Assembly (NCBI RefSeq): GCF_030684315.1 | Contig: NC_081384.1 | Coordinates: forward strand, 21,056,818 to 21,120,817 | Direction of reading: 5' to 3' | From: Stegostoma tigrinum | Taxonomy: Eukaryota | DNA length: 64,000 nucleotides | In this document: one piece after another, positions 38,790 to 64,000 of the stretch | Position numbering within the stretch: the first letter of the stretch is position 1 | Layout: each line of letters opens with the position of its first letter | Notes under the pieces: model-generated | Seen by the model: the letters and a program-made list of their open reading frames with translations, nothing else | Databases searched by the model: none | Told to the model about the DNA's origin: nothing | Position numbers and translations under genes: made by a program

Positions 38790-40320
38790 TGCCCCTTAAA
38801 GGGAAAACCAGAATAAGGTGTTTAAACATAGCTTTGGAGACAGACCATTTAGGGGTGAAATCAGGAAACATTTTTACACAAAGAATAATCTGGAAATCTA
38901 TGCCCCATATACTAAGAGAATCAAAGCTTTTAAGATCAAAATTGATTGACTTATATTAGGTAAACTTATCAGGGAATATAGAGCTCAGTTGGTTTAGACA
39001 ATGCCATAGCACTCCCCCATCACTGCCAGGCTAGAATACAGCAGGGAATAATTGCCTGATATTATAGGAAGCTGCTGAAATCTATTACTAAGGGTATGAT
39101 AATAAGGCATATGGGAAACTGTAGTATGATTAGGCAGTCTCAACAAAATTTTATGAAAGAGAAATTATGCTTGACAAATTTATTACAACTGTTCAAGAGT
39201 GTACTCAGCAGGATAAATGATGAGGAATCAGTGGAAGTAACATCTTTGGACTCTCCAAAATAATTTGATTAATGCCACACAGAGGGTGTTATACGAGATT
39301 TGGGTTCTTAGGATCAGGTAATATATTAGTATGGCTTCAGGATTTGCTAACAAACTGAAACTGTATTGGAATCTGTGTATAATTTTTAGGTTAGCAGTCT
39401 GAAACCGACAAACAGCTACCGGGATTAGTGCTTGGACCTCATTTATTTATAAGCTATATCAATTACTTAGATAAGGGGACAAGGTGTGATACATCTGGGT
39501 TTACTGATAGTACAAAGCTAAGCTGTGAAGACACTGCAAAGAGATTGCAAAGGAATAGGATTGTTGAAATGACTGGACAAAAGAGTGCAAATAGAGTACA
39601 ATATAAGGAAGTGTGAAGTTATTCATCTTTGGTTGGAAACATGGAAAACAAATTATTTTAAAAGATGAGAGGAAAGGAGAGATTTAGAAACACTTGAACA
39701 TGAACCATAGTATCATATGTAGGTATAGCAAACAAATAGACAAATGATTTTCACCTTTTTACGGCGAGGTAAGAGTAGGAAGTCTCACTGCAAATATGGG
39801 GCATCAGTGAGACCAAAGCTGGAATAGTATGCACAATTTTAGTTTGTGATAAATGTGCCTTAGAGGGAAGTGAAACCAATGATCACTTGACTGATTTCTA
39901 CAATGAGACGGCTATTAAATGAGGAGAGATTGTATACAGTGGGCCTCTGCAATCCAGAATTTACAGAATGAGAGGTGATCACTTTAAAGCATATGAAGTT
40001 CATAGAAAGCTTGACAATATTGACACTGAGAACTTTACGGAGCAGAACTGGGGACATTAATTTCAGGACAAGTAGTTGGTCATTTCAGATTGGGATAAGA
40101 ATAAACATCGCCACTCTGGAGGTTAAAAAAAATTTGAAGTTCATGACCATTGATGAGCATCAATAAGTATATCCAAGACTGAGATTAACAGACTTCAGAC
40201 CACTAAGGAAATCAAGTGATATGAAGATAAGGCTGCAATGTGCAGTTGATGGACAAGCTCAGCAATGATTTTATTCAACAGCAGAGGTTTGATAGTTCAC
40301 ACAGTTAATTGTATGTCACT
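38790..40320 (+). mobile_element. CR1 LINE fragments (heavily decayed)
   Basis: SVLGPHLFISYINYLD, FTDSTKL and 3' remnants. Confidence 0.7.
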
Positions 40321-40674
40321 TGTATTTAATTATGTGCAAAGGGAGAGCATTCCATGAGGGTTTGTTGGATTGCATATAAGGAGATATTGATAAAATAATC
40401 AGTCATGTGGTTGCGTTAGGCGTTATGTGCTTCTAGTGTAATACTCAGTGAATAAAAAAAAAGAGTAAAAACTGGCTTCCATATCATCCTTCCACAAGGG
40501 GTTGCAGAAATACAACACCCATAAAATATTCCTGCTCATACTGCTTATGTTCTTGAATTGAGTTGAGGTACAGATTTGCCACAACATAACTGAATGGCAG
40601 AGAAGTGCTGAAGGCTTGGATGGTCTATTGTGTTCTAATGCTATCCATCAATTTCCTACATCTAATGAGAAGGT

Positions 40675-41030
40675 AACTAGTCTGGTGAGGTGGTCTTGTA
40701 ACACAGTAGTAGTATCCCTGCTTCCGAATCAAAGGCCTTGGATTCAAGTCTCAGTCCAGGATTTGAAGATCAAGAAAAGTGCACTCACAACACAACCAAA
40801 AAGGATACATTCCGCATCCACAAACAGCAGGCAGGAAAAGCTGGAGAAATTCCTTGTCAGTCATACAATGGAAAGATACTGGAGTTGTTACCATCATTTT
40901 CTAGCAAACCAAAAATTTATGTTGCCATGTCAGCACTGGATTTAGGAACCTCCTCCCTGCCCTACGCCTGGTGAAAGTTCTAACATAATGGGTCAGACCT
41001 GCTCTTGGGCAGGGAACTCAGAAAGAAGTC
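40675..41030 (+). mobile_element. Probable tRNA-SINE (third family)
   Basis: tRNA-like head (GTAACACAGTAGTAG..GGATTCAAGTC) followed by a body unlike HE1 or the 11033 family. Confidence 0.4.
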
Positions 41031-41159
41031 TAGACTCAATTGGAAAATTATCATATTTTACTTCCTATTAGTCAAGACAGTGATTTGGCAACAAATCCAA
41101 CTTGATAATGGTAATTGTACAGCACTAACTTTGTAATTTTAGTGGTCAAGGTTATACTC

Positions 41160-42600
41160 CACAGAATCAAAGAGTTATTTCGGAGCAGAAGGAGGCCATT
41201 CAGCCATCGTGTCTGCATCAATACTCTGTGCATTTTTTTTCTTTGTGCCATTCTCTTGCTTCTTATGTGTAGCCCGGAACATTGGATGATTATTTAAATG
41301 GAAAATGTTCTCTTGAATGCCTCAATTCAATCTGCCTCCACCACACTTCCGGTCGTGCATTCCATATGCTAACCACTCACTGTGTGAAAAGGTTTTTCCC
41401 ACTTCACATTTGTTTTTCTTGCAAAACACTTTAAAACTGTATCCTCTGGTTTTTGATCCATTTAACAGTGGGAAGCAGTTTCTCCTTACCCATTCTCTCT
41501 ATATCACTCACAATTTTGAAAGCTTCTATCAACTCTCCACTTAGTCTTCTCTCCAAGGAAAACAGTCCCCACTTCTCCAAGCTTTTCGCTTGGCATATCC
41601 ATAGAATTATATTCATAAACCTCTTCTGCACTGTCTCCAATGCATTCATACCCTTCCTCTGCTGTGGAACACAGAAATGCACATAATACTCCAGCTGACC
41701 TCTCACCAGAGTCTCTTGTCAGTTCATCATAACCCTACTGACCAACTAGACCCCCTGCCCTTGGTTCTCTATGCCCCTATTCACAAAACCCACAACAGTA
41801 TATGCTTAATCTGTACCTACCCTGCCACCTTCAATAACTGATGTACATATAAACCCAGATAATAAAATGTGAGGCTGGATGAACACAGCAGGCCAAGCAG
41901 CATCTCAGGAGCACAAAAGCTCATATACAAGAGCACATATAAACCCAGATCTTTATGCTCCTGTATAACATTTAGAACAGTACCCTTTTTTCTGCATTTT
42001 TTTTACCAGAGTGTATTACTTCACACTTCTCCACATTGAGCTTATCCTGATATCAATCCACCCACTCCTCCAATATTAGTGTTGTTTTGGAATTCTACAA
42101 TGTCCTCCTCACAGTTTACGATTCTACCAAATTTTGTGTCGTCTGCAAATGTTGAAATTACCCCTGTACACAAGATCTAAATCCTTTGTATATCAGAAAA
42201 AGAGAAACTCCCAGCACTGACCCCTGGGGAACTCCACTACAAAACTTCTTCCAGCCTGAAAAGTACCCACAATTAGTCTTTCTCCCCTATCTCCCAGACA
42301 ATGTTGCGTCCATTTTGCTACTGTTCCTTTTATTCCATAACCTATAAATGTAGTCACAAGGCTTTCGTGCGGCATGGTATCCAATGCCCTTTAAAAGTCC
42401 ACGTGCACCACATTAATACTGCGCCTATTACCTCTTCAAAAATCTTCAGCTAGTTCGAATCAATTTTCCTTGAACGAGCGCATGATGACTCTTCCCAAAT
42501 AACTCAGTTTTGTTCCACGTGTCTATTAATTTGATGCCGAATAATTGCTACTAGAAGTCTTTCTCCCCACCACCGAAGTTAACCTGACTGGTCTAAATCA
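41160..42600 (-). mobile_element. CR1 LINE 3' fragment (decayed), interrupted by a PLE fragment
   Basis: Minus ORF LEYYVHFCVPQQRKGMNALETVQKRF..LEKWGLFSLERRLSGELIEAFKI; FADDTK remnant near 42130-42148. Confidence 0.85.
41861..41934 (-). mobile_element. Young PLE micro-insertion with 16-bp TSD
   Basis: 41861-41921 is identical to 22093-22153; ACATATAAACCCAGAT duplicated at 41845-41860 and 41935-41950. Confidence 0.85.
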
Positions 42601-45479
42601 CTCCAAGATATTCTGTAATCAAGTTGCGCAGAAATGATATGGCATAGGTCTGGAGCACGTCTCAAGCTGGGCTTGCTTCGCTCAGAGCTGGGGGATTCTG
42701 CAGAATCGACTCCAAATGGCAAGGTGGTAGTTTGTAACAATTGTGCTGAGACATAAGAAGCAGTTTGGTGGCTCAGCTAAGATATGCATAAAGTATTTCA
42801 GCTGTCTTTTAAAGTCGAGAAATATAGCAAGTTGAAGTTTTACAGCAGCGTTTGGTGCAAATTTGCGTTTGAGTCATGCACGGTGAAGCGAGGGTCAGGG
42901 AAGGGGAAATGTAATGATGAGTGTGACCCATCTGCAAGAGACCTGCCCTCTTTCGCACCGCACCTACTTCTTCAAGAGCACCACGTAGACACTGCGAACG
43001 GCGACAGGGGTTGCTAGCACCGTTCGATGGGAAATGGTGTTTGCACCAAATAATTTAAAAAGCATCATTGATTTTAATTCTCCCAAAACAGCCCGGACTC
43101 AAGAACGATATAGTGAATTTAATCGGAATCCTTAACTATTTTCTTTGCCTACTATTACAGTGAATACCATAACGCCATAGAGCCTGACATTCCTGCCTTT
43201 CTTCTTTGGGATCCAAAAAAACATGTTAACTAATTCATCCCATCTGCAACTGGAATAGTGTTGATGTAAGCGAGTTTAACGCATCCCAGATGTGGAGCTG
43301 TCTACTCGGTATCAGAAAGAGAAATCACTGAGCAGTTCGGGAGAATCTTTTCAATGTTCATATTTGGGTTGTTTTGGGTCAGGAATATAACTTCAACAGG
43401 AAAAAAATATATACGTTTCTCATCTTTTTGTTCAGATTTGATCGACTGAGGCGAACTAGTGATTCCATCTGGTTTGTATAAGTGCACCGAGCCCTCCCCA
43501 ACTGTATTGAATTAAACATTCACCTCCGACTTATATAAACTAAAAATTGACCCTCCACCCACACCACCTGTAGAACCTTCTCCCTCAGTGGTCTCAATAT
43601 AGAAAATACTGCTCCTCCGAACAATTCTTCCATCGTTACGTAAGGGAAGCTGGTAGAGAAGTCTCCTGAGGTCGAGCTCAGGGGCTTCAGGCTAATCACT
43701 GTGCGGGGAACTGTCAGTTCAGGCAAAGACAGAGAAAGGGGACCACTTCTAAACCCAGGATACAGCGATCCGTTGCGTTTTATGCCACTCGCCAAACGCA
43801 ATTGAAGCACAAGCCCAGGTGGATGCAAGTCTCAAACGTGTTAATGTGCGCAATAAATCAAAGTGGAAGGTGAACACAGCAGTTGTGATGCTTTTAGTGT
43901 GACAACACAATTATTCGCAGGTATTATTACATTCAAAGTAGCACACCTTCTAAATACTGGGAAATCTCCTATCGCCCCACCCAACACTGTCTTGGAGTGC
44001 ACCGTTCGTGGTAGGAAACGTGCAGCCCACAAGGAATTTTGCTCAACTGCTTCTTGATGATCTTTTCAGCAGCGCTACATGGTTACCACATACACCGCGG
44101 GCTTTGCAAAAGCGTTTTCAGACGTGTCACCAATTCACCCAACTATCACAGAGTGAGCTAAACGAATATATTAATACATCGCCCGTGACTTGAAACCCCT
44201 GCTTTGGTTCTGTCAAATCCTCCACGTTATGAGAAAAGGATTTCGTAACTGGGGGAAAATTTAGTGTGTTCGCTCTGGGAGTTCCCTTTAGCTGTTGGTT
44301 TGTTCTGGAACGAATTGTCACTTTATGTCGTTATTTTTTAAACCTCTAAAAATAAGAAAGTTGAACTGTTATCATTTTATGTGACTTACTGAAACATTGC
44401 TGCTTTTCATAAAAATTACAGTACACTACAGGTTTCGATCAAGCGTCACATCCCAAATTATTAAATCCTGGGAGCAGGATGATTCGGGGGCACGTTCATT
44501 TCGATGTCGTTTCCTTTGGGAAAGAAGCAACCACATACCCGTCTCTCTGCCACATCTCAACTTTCCAACTCTCCTCCCCAGCCCCCACACCAGGTTATCC
44601 TTACGAAAATAAGAGTGCTGAGGCATGAAAAAAAAATCGACATCCTCACAGGTGTTGTTTATAAAGTAACAATCAAATAGTTGCAAACAAAACAAAAACA
44701 CAGAGCAGCCTAATTCGTTGTCATGCAATGCTAGCAAGGTGCAAATGTTTTAGCTGAAACCAATCGAGTTCCGCTCGGGGAATCATGCCACTGTTAAACC
44801 CCTCAGGTTTATGACCTTTCGGTTTTTATATTTCAATTCTAATGCTGCTGATTGAAAATTGCTATTTCAACAGCAAGTCCATGATTACAGAGTAATCTCT
44901 TTGTTAGATTCACACTAGGCGACGGGTGATTCCATAAGGGGAAATAAAATGCAGAAAAGTGATCACAACATTGACAATTTGACTTATTTCTGCGTTTAAA
45001 TGTGTCTCATCTAAAATCCGGGAAACATTTGATTTGGATCTTTTCAAGTCTAGTTTCTTGGAGGTTTCCTCACCAATTACTCCCCAACTTTCGTGTTTTT
45101 CTGAAAAAAAACTGATGAGTTGGCGTATCAATAAAAGTGATTACGTGTATGTTGGTTAGGAAGAGCTAAGCCGTTCCTTCAGTTGAAAGTTTTCCAGCCC
45201 TTCTTTGACCCAGTCATGCTTCAACGTGTCTCTCTGCTCTGTAACAGCCTCTGAAACGAAGCCAATAAAAAAAAAAGTGCCTTTGAAAAATGATGTGCCC
45301 GTGTCTGAAGAAGAATAGGTTTTAGGAAAAGAATTATGGTTCATCAAATTAAATGGGTCTTGCGTCGGGGTTAGGGCGGGGGGGGGGGGGTGATGTATAG
45401 AGAAGGAGGCAGGGCATGGAGTGCAAGTATGAGTCCAACAGCCACATGGCGGTTCACACCAGCCATCCAGAATTCCCTC

Positions 45480-45700
45480 TTCCCACCCCGATTGGAGGAA
45501 GGCATCTACGTACATGTTAGTGGATGGTCAGAGACAATTGGATCCTGCCGCAGGCGGGGACTTTGCCGGTTTCCAACTGGAGGAGGAGATTTGTTTGGTG
45601 GCGGGGGGGGGTCACTGGTGGAGATGGGCGGCAACTATTCACACCTCCAAAGCCTGGCACACATAAAAGGGCAGGCGATCTGCAAACGGAACAGTAGGAA
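45480..45700 (+). promoter_or_regulatory. COL1A1 proximal promoter
   Basis: Inverted CCAAT boxes (ATTGG 45491-45495, 45537-45541), GC boxes (~45600-45632), TATA-like CATAAAAG 45662-45669; sequence ~45690-45720 resembles the mammalian TSS region (GGAAGTTTCT..GGGG.TCGG). Confidence 0.75.
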
Positions 45701-45753
45701 GTTTCTGCTGGGGCTCGGTGCTGAAGCTTGGAATTACACACCAGAACCATTGC

Positions 45754-45768
45754 ATGTCCGGACGTTAA
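45754..45768 (+). promoter_or_regulatory. uORF1 (MSGR*) in COL1A1 5'UTR
   Basis: ATG TCC GGA CGT TAA. Confidence 0.75.
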
Positions 45769-45788
45769 AGAAAGTTTCCCTTTTTTTA

Positions 45789-45820
45789 CCCCAAAGAGTC
45801 TACATGTCTAATATTTAGAC

Positions 45821-45836
<16 letters not shown>
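45789..45836 (+). promoter_or_regulatory. Collagen 5' stem-loop (LARP6-binding element) enclosing the start codon
   Basis: CCCCAAAGAGTCTACATGTCTAATATTTAGACATGTTCAGCTTTGTGG: 48 nt with upper stem CATGTCTAA/TTAGACATG and the conserved internal loop. Confidence 0.92.
45804..45818 (+). promoter_or_regulatory. uORF2 (MSNI*) within the 5' stem-loop
   Basis: ATG TCT AAT ATT TAG, ending 2 nt before the main ATG. Confidence 0.8.
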
Positions 45837-63786
<17,950 letters not shown>

Positions 63787-64000
63787 GTAAGTCCATATCT
63801 TGAATTATTTCAAACTAATAATAACTGAAATCCTCTTCAAGGCTGTTGTGTCAGGTTCTGTTGACATTTGGTACTTTGTTCATTTTGGAATCCAGAGATC
63901 ATTAGCCATGGTGATATATTGTCCGAAATTTTGCAGCAATAATGACAGCAAAGTAATGAGTGTTCGCGGTCATTAGTCCATTGAAAAAAAACTGACTGTA

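Noticed and set aside
1-45300. A host protein-coding gene upstream of COL1A1
   Set aside because: No consistent exon chain or recognisable non-transposon protein; small exons or lncRNAs cannot be excluded by eye
45390-45818. 142-aa ORF overlapping the promoter
   Set aside because: Starts upstream of the TATA-like box, has no recognisable domain, and only its last codons (uORF2) are in the likely transcript

Overview
Vertebrate genomic DNA, almost certainly from a shark or other elasmobranch (HE1/V-SINEs, HER1-like CR1 LINE, shark-type Penelope termini). The first ~45 kb are gene-free and rich in decayed repeats: CR1, L2, RTE and Tx1/L1 LINEs, several tRNA-SINE families, LF-SINE-like relics, Harbinger-type Myb/SANT elements and Penelope-like element (PLE) termini. 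From ~45.6 kb to the window end lies the 5' part of a + strand alpha-1(I) procollagen gene (COL1A1). It has a promoter, a 5' stem-loop, two uORFs and 39 coding exons, all with GT-AG junctions and an open Gly-X-Y frame, and it continues past the window. Three things stand out. (1) A family of short PLE-derived inserts carries a minimal hammerhead-ribozyme core; it includes a perfect 93-bp-arm palindrome with a 36-bp tail and a TSD, a fragment starting exactly at the predicted cleavage site, and a 306-nt tandem unit. (2) All four canonical GxOGER integrin sites covered here are altered while a new GIPGER appears. (3) An MSGR uORF appears conserved with human at the peptide level. Human comparisons are from memory and need alignment confirmation; repeat boundaries are approximate.
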